A DNA stretch of 64,000 nt, from positions 13,933 through 77,932 of the IMG/VR virus record IMGVR_UViG_3300017971_000265; one strand, 5' to 3'. The position numbers and the translations under genes are program-made. Positions 27,354 through 36,704 of this stretch are shown here, piece after piece. The notes beneath the pieces are model-generated. The model did not search any database. It saw nothing but the letters and a program-made list of their open reading frames with translations, and was not told where the DNA came from. Each line of letters opens with the position of its first letter. Position 1 is the stretch's first letter. This DNA comes from a virus.

Positions 27354-27835
27354 AGTTTACTCTTACAGAGAATCTGATCTTGCTTGAATTCCTCCTGGGG
27401 GAACTCTCAGGATCGGAGTATCTGGTTGAGAAAAAGATCTCTAAACTGACTCCTTACCAGAAGGCGCAAAGGGCAAGACGTCAAACAGTGGCGGCACATA
27501 CTCCTCGTCCGGCGAAACAGAGTGTGTTTTACAAACATGCTGTGCGGGCAATATTTCAGAAGCTTAGAAAAGGCGGGGATGGTTTCAAGGGGTCAGCTAG
27601 GGGAGGGCAGCTTATTGCTCAACATATGTTGAAAAAGCATGGATATGCAGCGGGGAGTCCTTCTGGCAACTTCAGTCTAACCAGCAAGGGTAGGAAGAGG
27701 AATTTGAAACATGTACGTGAGCCTGCTGGGGTACGGGCGAGAAAAGAGCGTGCCTACAACTACATTATGGGTATTCAGAAACGTGCCGCTCAGAGGCAGC
27801 AGCAGGTGAAGGCCAAGGCGGCTGGAGCTGGATAG
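27350..27835 (+). CDS. Hypothetical very basic protein with acidic/hydrophobic leader ending YLVE
   Basis: Sharp charge switch after YLVE. Confidence 0.7.
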   Translation: MKFTLTENLILLEFLLGELSGSEYLVEKKISKLTPYQKAQRARRQTVAAHTPRPAKQSVFYKHAVRAIFQKLRKGGDGFKGSARGGQLIAQHMLKKHGYAAGSPSGNFSLTSKGRKRNLKHVREPAGVRARKERAYNYIMGIQKRAAQRQQQVKAKAAGAG

Positions 27836-27843
27836 GAGACGTC

Positions 27844-28116
27844 ATGAATAGTTTGAGAAATCGCGGGTATTTGGAAGAGGGGCAGTATCAAGTGTCTATT
27901 GGTCCTGACGATGACCTGGAAGATAAGACTGGTGAGCTGATGAAAATGATCAGAGCAGCTATTCACGGTGGTATCAGGAGGGTATTGGCTCAGAATGGTA
28001 TGTCTCCTTCTGTGATCGGGAAGGTGGATAGATACCTTGATGCCAAAGAAGGTAAATTCATGGATGATTTGACTGATATTATGTTGAAAATGCGAGTTCC
28101 ACATAGGCTTGGGTAA
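27844..28116 (+). CDS. Hypothetical protein, class I leader
   Basis: MNSLRNRGYLEE. Confidence 0.7.
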   Translation: MNSLRNRGYLEEGQYQVSIGPDDDLEDKTGELMKMIRAAIHGGIRRVLAQNGMSPSVIGKVDRYLDAKEGKFMDDLTDIMLKMRVPHRLG

Positions 28117-28119
28117 ATA

Positions 28120-28149
28120 ATGGGTACACTGATAACTGATTGCAACCAA
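28120..28149 (+). pseudogene. Relic copy of the 5' end of the gp14-like gene
   Basis: 25/30 nt identical to 28449-28478 (MGTLITDCNQ vs MGTLINDCDQ). Confidence 0.75.
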
Positions 28150-28163
28150 ATAGGAGACGTCAA

Positions 28164-28439
28164 ATGTCGCTAAGAAATAGGTCTTATAGATATATCGATG
28201 AAGCCAAGATGCGGAAGTATGTTGGTGTTAGGGCCAAGGGTGTTGCATCTCTGCTTTTTTCTACTGCAAACGATGCCAAGGATGCTGCAGCTAAAATCAA
28301 TCGTTTCAAAAGGAGTTATGATGCATCTTATAGGAAGTCTGGTGACGTATGGAGAGTAGAGGTTGAGGGCATATCTATTGCCGAGCTTGTTTCATTGATT
28401 GACAAGCTGGATCTCAAACCGTTGACGCAATATCACTAG
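28164..28439 (+). CDS. Hypothetical protein, class I leader
   Basis: SD AGGAG; MSLRNRSYRYIDE/A. Confidence 0.7.
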   Translation: MSLRNRSYRYIDEAKMRKYVGVRAKGVASLLFSTANDAKDAAAKINRFKRSYDASYRKSGDVWRVEVEGISIAELVSLIDKLDLKPLTQYH

Positions 28440-28448
28440 GAAAGCAAC

Positions 28449-28928
28449 GTGGGCACACTAATAAATGATTGCGACCAATGTTTTTTCGACAGCGTGGCAC
28501 AAGAGGTGATCAAGCTGGCAGGAACTACTGCGATCATCTATCAGTTTGAAGAAGTCGAGAGTTCACGAGATGCGCTTTGGGATGAGGAGATTGAGACTGT
28601 TTACAAAAAGAATAGTGAGGGGAATCCAGGAATTGAATGTCCCGTCTTTTTTAAGGCTCCAGACAAGTCTGGTCTTACCGGAGAAGAGGGGTATAGGCTT
28701 GATAGGACGTCAGAGCTTCATGTGGCATGGCGAGACTTAGAAAGCAGAGGGCTGAGACGTTTGCGTCCTGGTGATATTGTGAAAGTTTGGGATATGTATT
28801 TTGATGTTATAGAGTCACACGCTACCGAGGGGTACATTAACGATACTCCGACAAAATCGACCATTGTTTTTGATGTGACGAGACGAACAAAGGGGCCACC
28901 TGAGAGTTTGTGGGAGCCTGGCGAATGA
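28449..28928 (+). CDS. Neck/head-closure protein (T4 gp14-like)
   Basis: AQEVIKLAG...IIY...DALWDE, RPGDIV; position downstream of the gp13-like gene. Confidence 0.65.
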   Translation: MGTLINDCDQCFFDSVAQEVIKLAGTTAIIYQFEEVESSRDALWDEEIETVYKKNSEGNPGIECPVFFKAPDKSGLTGEEGYRLDRTSELHVAWRDLESRGLRRLRPGDIVKVWDMYFDVIESHATEGYINDTPTKSTIVFDVTRRTKGPPESLWEPGE

Positions 28929-29374
28929 GTGAGGTAAGGCAAATCTTAGAGGATGTGTTTACGGAGAGGAAGAAGGCTACTATCCGTGGACGTGCCAAAG
29001 GATTGAGAAGGCCGAAGAGAGCTGAGAAACAGCATTATTTGGGGCGTGCCACAGGAATGAGAGGGCGTGATCTAAGCGGAGAGCCCGAGGCTCCGAAAGT
29101 GCCTGGAGCTAAGGAAGAGCCGTGGAAGAAAGAGAGAATTACTGAGTTTGAGAGTCCTGACGACTGGATGTTGTCGATGATTTTGGTTGCAATAATGCAT
29201 GCGAATCCTGGCATTAAACCGGAAGATGCGATTAAAATAGGGAAAGAATGGGTAAAAAAATTATATCTGCCAAGGACTGACTATCTTTGGAGAATGCAAA
29301 TGGTCAGACTGAACAGAACAGGTATCAGAGCTGAGGCATCAAAGATTCGGCGTGAATTGTTCAAGGTGATCTAG
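28925..29374 (+). CDS. Hypothetical protein, leader ending VFTE
   Basis: MSEVRQILEDVFTE then basic segment. Confidence 0.65.
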   Translation: MSEVRQILEDVFTERKKATIRGRAKGLRRPKRAEKQHYLGRATGMRGRDLSGEPEAPKVPGAKEEPWKKERITEFESPDDWMLSMILVAIMHANPGIKPEDAIKIGKEWVKKLYLPRTDYLWRMQMVRLNRTGIRAEASKIRRELFKVI

Positions 29375-29383
29375 GAGGTTGAG

Positions 29384-29665
29384 ATGGACATAATAGAAGC
29401 AAATGCTTTGCTAGATAAAGCAGTGGAAAGGCTCGCAGAGAAGATTTGGTCAGGAGAGGTTAAGACCAAGTGGCATCCTCCCGAGGGTTTTTTCGAGCAG
29501 AGTGCGAGCAAGATTGCTAGTGGTCTAAAATCAGCCTCGAAAGATCTGAAGCAAGCCATGGCCCGGTTGAATTTCTATATAAACAGAGCTGGGGAAAATC
29601 TCTCAGATGCAGATGTTAGACGTCTGGAGATGGCCAAGAAAAAACTCCAAAAGGCTTATGTATAG
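29384..29665 (+). CDS. DUF3175-like protein with class II leader
   Basis: EGFF...KIASGL...AMARLNFYINRAGENL...LEMAK resembles the DUF3175 signature as I recall it. Confidence 0.65.
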   Translation: MDIIEANALLDKAVERLAEKIWSGEVKTKWHPPEGFFEQSASKIASGLKSASKDLKQAMARLNFYINRAGENLSDADVRRLEMAKKKLQKAYV

Positions 29666-29673
29666 GAGGAGTC

Positions 29674-30285
29674 ATGAATCTACACAAAGTAAACGAATTG
29701 TTGGCTGAGACGATTTATGAGATCGGGGCTGGTGGTTTGAGGCCGATCAAAACGAGTGGTATTTTGATTCAACCAAATGTGACTTACCACATGGGTGCAT
29801 CTAGTTCTCCCCATAAAATCTTTGTGACCAAGGTTGATGATAGGATGATTTATTATCGATCTTATCCGTTTTATCGAGGACGAGAGGCCCGAATTGATCG
29901 AGGGATAGGAACGGATCTGATTCTTCAAGGCGTCAATACCTTCATGAAAAGTGGGTATGGTAAGTACCCTTGGGGAAAAGCGACGATCAGAAAATACAAA
30001 TCGTTACTTGCTGGCAAAAAGGTTAAGCCTGAAGATCTCAAGGATTACCAGAGAATAAAAGTCACGGTGGGGCCGGGCAAGGGGTATGAGGGCAAAGATT
30101 TGTGGCGTGAGGCTGAGTCGCATGGCTATGGTGTTGGGGGTAGGCGAGTCGAGGGAATGACGGATGGATTTCCGTGGATGAAAAATGATAATTCTAGTGT
30201 GTACGAGATTGAGATGGATAAGAAGAGTTTGCCGGGTCTAAAGAAAGATAAGCGTTTCAAAATTCTGAGCATAAAAGAAATGTAG
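29674..30285 (+). CDS. Hypothetical protein, class II leader
   Basis: MNLHKVNELLAETIYE. Confidence 0.7.
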   Translation: MNLHKVNELLAETIYEIGAGGLRPIKTSGILIQPNVTYHMGASSSPHKIFVTKVDDRMIYYRSYPFYRGREARIDRGIGTDLILQGVNTFMKSGYGKYPWGKATIRKYKSLLAGKKVKPEDLKDYQRIKVTVGPGKGYEGKDLWREAESHGYGVGGRRVEGMTDGFPWMKNDNSSVYEIEMDKKSLPGLKKDKRFKILSIKEM

Positions 30286-30297
30286 GGAGGTGACGTC

Positions 30298-30651
30298 GTG
30301 AAGCTTCGGAAAATAAATGAGTTATTGGGTGATACGGTTGAGAGCTTGACCGAATCGTTTCCTGCTTCATCTCCTGGTGAGGTAGCAATTCGCAAACTCA
30401 TAAGGGCTGTTCAGACAAAGACTCGTCTCCGATTTATGTATCGATCTGGTAAGATTGTTACGCTGAGCGGTGCAGTTGTGGCAACACTTGCTGCAACAGA
30501 GGACGGAAGATTCAATATAGAGGTTATCGAGTACGATACAAATTATCGATATGGATACAAGCCTAGAGGCAAAAAAACCTACAAGGAATTGTCGAAAGAA
30601 GCTGCGGTGAAAGTGCTTGCTAAGGCGTTAGAGGCGCATCCAGGAGTATAG
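30298..30651 (+). CDS. Hypothetical protein, class II leader
   Basis: MKLRKINELLGDTVESLTE. Confidence 0.7.
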   Translation: MKLRKINELLGDTVESLTESFPASSPGEVAIRKLIRAVQTKTRLRFMYRSGKIVTLSGAVVATLAATEDGRFNIEVIEYDTNYRYGYKPRGKKTYKELSKEAAVKVLAKALEAHPGV

Positions 30652-30662
30652 GAGTTGTCGTC

Positions 30663-31079
30663 ATGAGTGTTGAGTGGGTCAATGGAATGCTGAATGAGGC
30701 GATTGCAGAACTGGCTGAGGCGAGAAACAGGACTCTTAAGAAGGATTTGAAATTCAAGAGTGGCGATATTATTCCTAGAGGCACCCCGGTTGAGGTGGAG
30801 TTTTTGGGAGAAAGAGATCCCAGGGGATATAGTGTCGCGCTTTTGAAGGCGAATTGGAGAGGGTCAAATGGGCGAGATTATCAGAGGGAGCCTGTTCGAA
30901 TATCGATTGCCAAGCTACACAAATATGTGAGTGGTTTTGGTAAGCCACCAGGAATGGCCAAGCTGGAACGCATGGCCTCGGATGGAGTAGCAACGACTCC
31001 GACAGGAAAGCGCGTGGAGCCTGATGGATATGGACCAGATGGATCTCCTAGTTGGCTCATGGCGTTGGGATTTGTCTAA
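30663..31079 (+). CDS. Hypothetical protein, class II leader
   Basis: MSVEWVNGMLNEAIAELAE/A; C-terminal VEPDG...SWL..LG motif. Confidence 0.7.
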   Translation: MSVEWVNGMLNEAIAELAEARNRTLKKDLKFKSGDIIPRGTPVEVEFLGERDPRGYSVALLKANWRGSNGRDYQREPVRISIAKLHKYVSGFGKPPGMAKLERMASDGVATTPTGKRVEPDGYGPDGSPSWLMALGFV

Positions 31080-31089
31080 GAGGAGGGAG

Positions 31090-31494
31090 ATGTTAGATCC
31101 AGCAAGAATAGTAGAGGCGCAGACAAAGGGAGTCGTCTTTGTTTGCCGGATGTGTACCAGGTTTCATGAGGGGGCAGATCTTGGACTAAAAGATGAGGAG
31201 GGGGACGTGATCTGTACTGCCCATAAGACATGTGGAAGTCCCCTGTCTGGTAAGAGCTTTCAGGAATATGAGGGTCCGTTAAAAAATTACCTGGTAAATT
31301 ATTGCTATATTTGTGGCAAATATAGGCCGGAACATGCCTTAGAACCCAAAGTTTCAGGGGCCAAACGGATTGGTTGCTGTACCGACTGCTTGAACAATGT
31401 GGTAAAGAAGGTCACGCCCCGTCCCGAGGGTCGCAGAGTTGTGTTTACAACGGCAAAAAGGGCAGGGCCTGATCAGTTTGAGGTATTGCAATGA
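31090..31494 (+). CDS. Cys-rich zinc-binding hypothetical protein
   Basis: CRMC, C...C, CYIC, CCTDC; SD AGGAGG. Confidence 0.65.
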   Translation: MLDPARIVEAQTKGVVFVCRMCTRFHEGADLGLKDEEGDVICTAHKTCGSPLSGKSFQEYEGPLKNYLVNYCYICGKYRPEHALEPKVSGAKRIGCCTDCLNNVVKKVTPRPEGRRVVFTTAKRAGPDQFEVLQ

Positions 31495-31901
31495 CCACTT
31501 ATGTTACGAAACAGCTTCGTATCAAGGTTGCGGAACAGCAGAATGGCGAGAATCTTATCTTTCAGCGCGGAGATCGCGAGACTAAGTTTGAAGCCGTAGC
31601 TGCTCTTGACGAGGCAGGATTACAGCGATTCGTAATACCGCTTCCAGCTTCGGATAAGGATCTCATGGCGGGGCTAGAGATCACCACGGGACGTCTTCTC
31701 TATATCGAGACCGATACCGAGCTTTTGATCAAGTTGGCAAATGTGGCGGATACTGGTTTTGTAGTCAAGCCCATGATTGACGAGAGCGCATCAGAGAAAC
31801 CGGGCATGTTGTATTTGGAAGGGGAATTTTCTCATGTGTATGTTACTCCAACTGGGACAACGGGAGATGCCACTGTAATTTTCGGTGTAGTGGGAGCGTA
31901 G
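31491..31901 (+). CDS. Probable virion structural protein
   Basis: Beta-rich composition, operon position. Confidence 0.5.
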   Translation: MTTYVTKQLRIKVAEQQNGENLIFQRGDRETKFEAVAALDEAGLQRFVIPLPASDKDLMAGLEITTGRLLYIETDTELLIKLANVADTGFVVKPMIDESASEKPGMLYLEGEFSHVYVTPTGTTGDATVIFGVVGA

Positions 31902-31927
31902 GGATAAGACATATTGGGATTAAACAA

Positions 31928-32752
31928 ATGTTTAATATAAAACTCAAAGGCCCGTGGAAAGAGCTTGTGTCGATTCTCAATAGCTATGATAAGCGATTGA
32001 TATATGTGCGCAGGCGGGCTTGCAAAGACCTTGCAGAGGCGTTTCTGGAGCGGCTGAAAGAGAATGCTCCAGAGGGGGAAGAGTTTAATGCCTATATCAA
32101 ATCATTAGAAGTGGTCGAGTTGACCCATACGAGAGGAATTCCGGCGTTTGCGATTATTTCTAGGCGTAGCAAGGTTAAGCTGGGAACGCTTATGGGGAAC
32201 GAAGCAACTGCAAAAACGGTGGCATATATTTATCCGAGTCAGGGGGAAGTGACGTCTCCCGTTACCGAATTGATCTCCTCGGTAAATCCGTGGCCCCTCG
32301 ATTTGGTTCCGCATGGTCTTTCTGGAGATGATTTTATGTTGGTGCATAGGATTGTTACAGAGGGGGAGATGAAATGGGCTCGTCAACAAGTCTTGGAACT
32401 TATCTCAGAGAATCGTGGAGAATTTCGCAGGTACGGCATTCATTGGGGCAAGGCTGTAGAGCAAGATAGGCATTCCGATGAGTTAGAGTCCTTACCGGAT
32501 TTTATGTCTCTAGCGATAAGAGCTGAGTTTGGAATCAACGCGGATCACCAGCCTCATTGGCGACCAGCAATGAAATGGGTCATTGCCAATGCGGTGAAGA
32601 TTTTAGAAAAAGATAAGCTGATCAAGGGGGCTCTTCATGATTGGTTGTTCAAAGAGCATACCTTGGTAAAAAAGAGTGGCTTGCCTTCTGTATCAGCCAA
32701 GGACTTCTTGAAAGAGGCGGGTGCTTTTCAGAAAAAAGTGTTGAGTATGTAA
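31928..32752 (+). CDS. Putative neck/tail-completion protein
   Basis: Position; AEFG...PHWRPA motif typical of tail-completion proteins. Confidence 0.45.
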   Translation: MFNIKLKGPWKELVSILNSYDKRLIYVRRRACKDLAEAFLERLKENAPEGEEFNAYIKSLEVVELTHTRGIPAFAIISRRSKVKLGTLMGNEATAKTVAYIYPSQGEVTSPVTELISSVNPWPLDLVPHGLSGDDFMLVHRIVTEGEMKWARQQVLELISENRGEFRRYGIHWGKAVEQDRHSDELESLPDFMSLAIRAEFGINADHQPHWRPAMKWVIANAVKILEKDKLIKGALHDWLFKEHTLVKKSGLPSVSAKDFLKEAGAFQKKVLSM

Positions 32753-33495
32753 TGTCGATGATCAGGAACGAGCAGGTAGGAGACGTCTTTTTACGAGAGT
32801 TTGATCTCGGCATGGTCCTGACTCTTGGTGCTGTAGAAATTGGTCAGCGGTATTATTTGCCTACAGAGAAGGTTCCGGGAGTAAAGCCTCCGAAGTTTTC
32901 TGAGTTCTATGGTAATACCAGTGAGGTTGGGCAAACGATGCCTGGTATTCCCATTATTTATGCGAATCCTTCTACTGCTGTTCAGAGATATCTCTTGCCG
33001 TGCATCAGAATTCGGCGGGAAGATCCCAGTCCTGCCTTAGAGCGCTGGTTGAGTATCCACTATAAATATCGTAGACCTGCTCCGGGGGAGCCGGAAATTG
33101 ATGTTCAGTATCGTAAGAGGACATTGACTGGATATAAAAAATATGAACAGCAAGAGGGCGGCTATACCTATGATATTCCCTATACTATTACGGTAGAGGC
33201 AGCGGGCAAGGGTGCGCGTACAAAAGCGCATGTCATGCTGCTTCACTGTATGCGTATTTTTGGACCGCATGGAACAGTTCGAGTTGTCGACTCGTTGGGG
33301 AACGAACGTAAATATTGGGTATTTGGAGAAGGGCCGAGTGATCTTTCGGTTGCCACAGATATTAGGGATCGCACGATTATTTATGCTCTTTCTCTGCGTG
33401 TTCAGGCCGAACTGGACTTGCGCTTGCCCGTTACGAACCGTGCCATGACGTCAGAGCCCACAATAAATATGCATGACATGGAAGACTTGGGCTAG
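32752..33495 (+). CDS. Putative tail terminator / sheath stabiliser (gp15-like)
   Basis: LPCIRIRR...YDIPYTI; upstream of the sheath. Confidence 0.5.
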   Translation: MSMIRNEQVGDVFLREFDLGMVLTLGAVEIGQRYYLPTEKVPGVKPPKFSEFYGNTSEVGQTMPGIPIIYANPSTAVQRYLLPCIRIRREDPSPALERWLSIHYKYRRPAPGEPEIDVQYRKRTLTGYKKYEQQEGGYTYDIPYTITVEAAGKGARTKAHVMLLHCMRIFGPHGTVRVVDSLGNERKYWVFGEGPSDLSVATDIRDRTIIYALSLRVQAELDLRLPVTNRAMTSEPTINMHDMEDLG

Positions 33496-33506
33496 AGAGG
33501 TGAGAC

Positions 33507-33986
33507 ATGAAAAAGTATCGAAATGTGTCAAAAGGACCATTGCCGATAGATTTGGGATCGAAAGTTATCTCAGTTCCTGGCAAGGGTTTTTTTACTGTTG
33601 ATGAGAGTGATGCTAATTCGCCTGGTCTGTTGCGAAGACTGAGACGGAAGCAGGTAACTTTCATCGAAGATGTCGGGGTACGGGTTGAGGCTCTGCAAGT
33701 TCCAACTGTGCCCAAAGATGAGATTGTGACGAAGCCGAGTGAAAAACCAAAATCTCTTGAAAAAACGGATATTAAGCCATTTATGACGTCAATAGATGAA
33801 AAATCTGATGATGAAAAAGATGGCGATACATTGACAAGTACGTCTAAAATGGTGGAATCAAAAGACGATGGTGCCGTTTCTGACGACAAAGAGGAAGCGA
33901 AAAACGAACGGAACAAATCTGCCAAGCCTGCAAAAAAGAGTAGGCGAGCCAGAAAGAAGACCAAAGGCATCTCGGGATCTGAATAA
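33507..33986 (+). CDS. Hypothetical protein with low-complexity charged tail
   Basis: SD GAGGTG; directly before the sheath. Confidence 0.6.
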   Translation: MKKYRNVSKGPLPIDLGSKVISVPGKGFFTVDESDANSPGLLRRLRRKQVTFIEDVGVRVEALQVPTVPKDEIVTKPSEKPKSLEKTDIKPFMTSIDEKSDDEKDGDTLTSTSKMVESKDDGAVSDDKEEAKNERNKSAKPAKKSRRARKKTKGISGSE

Positions 33987-34021
33987 TATGGCCCGGAGCT
34001 TGAGAAGAGGAGGACAGTAAA

Positions 34022-36166
34022 ATGGGTGAATACCTGAGTCCTGGACTGTTTCTGATAGAGAGGTCTGCGAGCGCAGGGGCAATCGCTGGTGTTTCTACGT
34101 CTACCTATGCTACGGCAGGGTGGCTTAGGAAGGGGCCGGAGAATGAACCGCAGCTCGTGACCACTTTTGATAGGTTCGTAGAGATATTCGGAACGTATTG
34201 GAGGAATAGTAATATTCCGTTCATGATGGCTGCGTTTTTTCAAAATGAGGGAACGCGAGCATATGTGACACGTGTAGTTCCGAGTGATGCAATAGCGGCG
34301 ACGAATGCATCAGATCTGGATGATGCTGCTACTCCGGCATCTTTTTTTGGTCGTCCCCTAGCTTCCACTGTTGATCTGAGTACCGATAGTTATATCGCTG
34401 TAAAGATCAGCGGTGCTGCGGCTACAGAAATCGATTGTGCAGGTGCGGTTCCAGCGAGCACTACCCCCACAGAAATTGCATCGGCTATTGACGCGATAGC
34501 GGGCATTAGTTGTTCAGTAGGCACTGGCAATCGAATTGAAATTGTCACAGATGATACTGGTGCTACCGCGAGTCTTGAGTTCGAAGATGCAACAGCCAAT
34601 GATGCAACGGCTGTGATTCTCGGCTTGGACGTCTCAAACGATCAGACTTACCTGTACGAAGGTGAGGATGCATCGGACTGGACGCTTACCTCGCCTTGGA
34701 AAGGCACTTTTTACAATCAGGTTCGCATGTGTCTCTCGGGCAACAATGATTATGAGGGGGACAATGGAGGTTGGACCAGGTTTGATGTTTCGATTCAGAG
34801 CGAATCGGCAGTTGGCGAGGCCGATTGGCAGGTAGAGGAGACATATGACGAGGTGGTTCTTGATGACGATACGGATGAGCATTTCATTGAAGATGTCGTC
34901 AATGGTGAGACCAACTTCTCTCAAATCACGAAGGGATCTGATTACAACATTCCAAGATCGTTGAGAGCTACGAAGCGATTAGCTGAGTTCTTGGGTGAAG
35001 GTGATGCGGCGGAGACTTCCTTTTCCGGCACTATTCGCAATCCAGAGGTGAGGTTTGGAACGGTTTCGGTTCAGGCTGGTACTGTGACAGGTACGGACGA
35101 TAGCGACGGAGCTATCACGGGCACAGGGATTGTCAGCGGCACCATCAACTATACGACAGGAGCTTGGACGCTTGAATTTTCGGCTGCGCCAGCCGATGGG
35201 ACTCCGATCATGATGACATATTGGTCCGAGCCCGATGAGACCGAAGTCTGTGGTCAACTCTCGGGAGGAACAGACGGAACTGGGCCGTTGACACGTGGGG
35301 ACGTCACAGATCCCACTTTGCAAGCGAGCAAGACTGGTCTTTACTCCTTTGATGATCTCGATGAGATCTTGAACATTTCAATGCCAGATTTTGCAGGGAA
35401 TGTGACAGTAAGCAATGATCTCATTGCGTATGCTGAGACGAACAAGAACCGTTTCGCCATTTTGACCACCGAGGCGGGACTGGAGCCGACCGATGCGGTC
35501 AAGTTTGTGAGGAATACGGCTGCTTACAACACGAGTTATGGCGCTCTCTACTATCCCTGGGTTAAGATTTACGATCCGATAGCTGACGATGGTCGCAACC
35601 TCGATGTACCTCCCGATGGATTTATCGCGGGAGTGTTTGCACGGACAGATACCAACAGGAATGTTGGCAAGGCTCCTGCGGGCATTACCGATGGTAGACT
35701 CAATGGAGCGACTGGGCTAGAGCGTATTCTATCCAAGGGCGAGCGGGATATTTTGTATCCGGCACGTATCAATCCGTTAGTGTCTACCGTTCAGACTGGT
35801 CGAGCCGTGTGGGGAGCGAAAACTCTTAGTAAGGATGCGGAATGGATCAATGTTAACATTCGACGTCTCTTCATGTTCTGTGAGCAGAGCGTGTATAACA
35901 ATTCGTTCTGGGCCGTCTTTGAGAACAATGGGCCGGGCCTTTGGGCTCGAATCAAGGCGCAGGGAGATGGCTTTTTCCAAGGATTGCTCAGGGATGGGTA
36001 TCTGAAGGGAGCTACGCAGGCCGAGGCTTGGTTTATCAAGGTGGATGAGGAGAACAACCCGCAGGCCAGTATTGATGCTGGGTTGCTTACGGTGGACTAC
36101 TACATTGCTGGGAATAAACCAGCGGAATTTATCCGGTTGAGATTTCAGCAAAAGGTTGCTTCATAG
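34022..36166 (+). CDS. Contractile tail sheath protein
   Basis: YLSPGLFLIE, YYPWVKI, VPPDGFIAG, KAPAG, INPL, VWGAKTL, NIRRL, KPAEFI. Confidence 0.95.
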   Translation: MGEYLSPGLFLIERSASAGAIAGVSTSTYATAGWLRKGPENEPQLVTTFDRFVEIFGTYWRNSNIPFMMAAFFQNEGTRAYVTRVVPSDAIAATNASDLDDAATPASFFGRPLASTVDLSTDSYIAVKISGAAATEIDCAGAVPASTTPTEIASAIDAIAGISCSVGTGNRIEIVTDDTGATASLEFEDATANDATAVILGLDVSNDQTYLYEGEDASDWTLTSPWKGTFYNQVRMCLSGNNDYEGDNGGWTRFDVSIQSESAVGEADWQVEETYDEVVLDDDTDEHFIEDVVNGETNFSQITKGSDYNIPRSLRATKRLAEFLGEGDAAETSFSGTIRNPEVRFGTVSVQAGTVTGTDDSDGAITGTGIVSGTINYTTGAWTLEFSAAPADGTPIMMTYWSEPDETEVCGQLSGGTDGTGPLTRGDVTDPTLQASKTGLYSFDDLDEILNISMPDFAGNVTVSNDLIAYAETNKNRFAILTTEAGLEPTDAVKFVRNTAAYNTSYGALYYPWVKIYDPIADDGRNLDVPPDGFIAGVFARTDTNRNVGKAPAGITDGRLNGATGLERILSKGERDILYPARINPLVSTVQTGRAVWGAKTLSKDAEWINVNIRRLFMFCEQSVYNNSFWAVFENNGPGLWARIKAQGDGFFQGLLRDGYLKGATQAEAWFIKVDEENNPQASIDAGLLTVDYYIAGNKPAEFIRLRFQQKVAS

Positions 36167-36194
36167 TTTGTCGAGAACGTAAGGAGGATAGGTT

Positions 36195-36704
36195 ATGACG
36201 GTAAGGTCAGTAGCACAAGACGAGATTCAGAGTTTTCGCTTTCGAGTCTTTGAGATAGACGGTGGAGCAGGGGTGTTTGACAATGAAAATCCAGTTGCTG
36301 GATTTAATACGGTCACTACTCCAAACCTCACCTTTGAAACAGCGGAGCATCGAACGGGATCTCGCAAATATGCGCGGAAGTTTCTTGGACCCCCCACGTG
36401 GGAAGCTGGAACGATGACGCGAGGCATCTTGAGAGGTGATACGACGTTTTACGACTGGGCGATTGACAAATATTTGGGTCGCAAGCCGTTTCGTACCGAT
36501 CTGGAGATTCGAGTCTATGATCAGGAGGAGGACGGATCAGATGTGGCGAACGACGAGGCTGTTCGATCTGAGATTTGGAGACAGTGTATTCCATCGAGTG
36601 TCAAGCCGATGGGAGACCTCGATGCGTCGGCTACAGACGTCAACATGCAGGAAATTACGGTTGAGGTTGAAGAAGTAGAGTTGACAACCAAGCCTTCTGC
36701 CTAA
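36195..36704 (+). CDS. Tail tube protein (gp19 family)
   Basis: FRFRV...AGFN...EHRTG...TMTRG...LDASATDV. Confidence 0.85.
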   Translation: MTVRSVAQDEIQSFRFRVFEIDGGAGVFDNENPVAGFNTVTTPNLTFETAEHRTGSRKYARKFLGPPTWEAGTMTRGILRGDTTFYDWAIDKYLGRKPFRTDLEIRVYDQEEDGSDVANDEAVRSEIWRQCIPSSVKPMGDLDASATDVNMQEITVEVEEVELTTKPSA

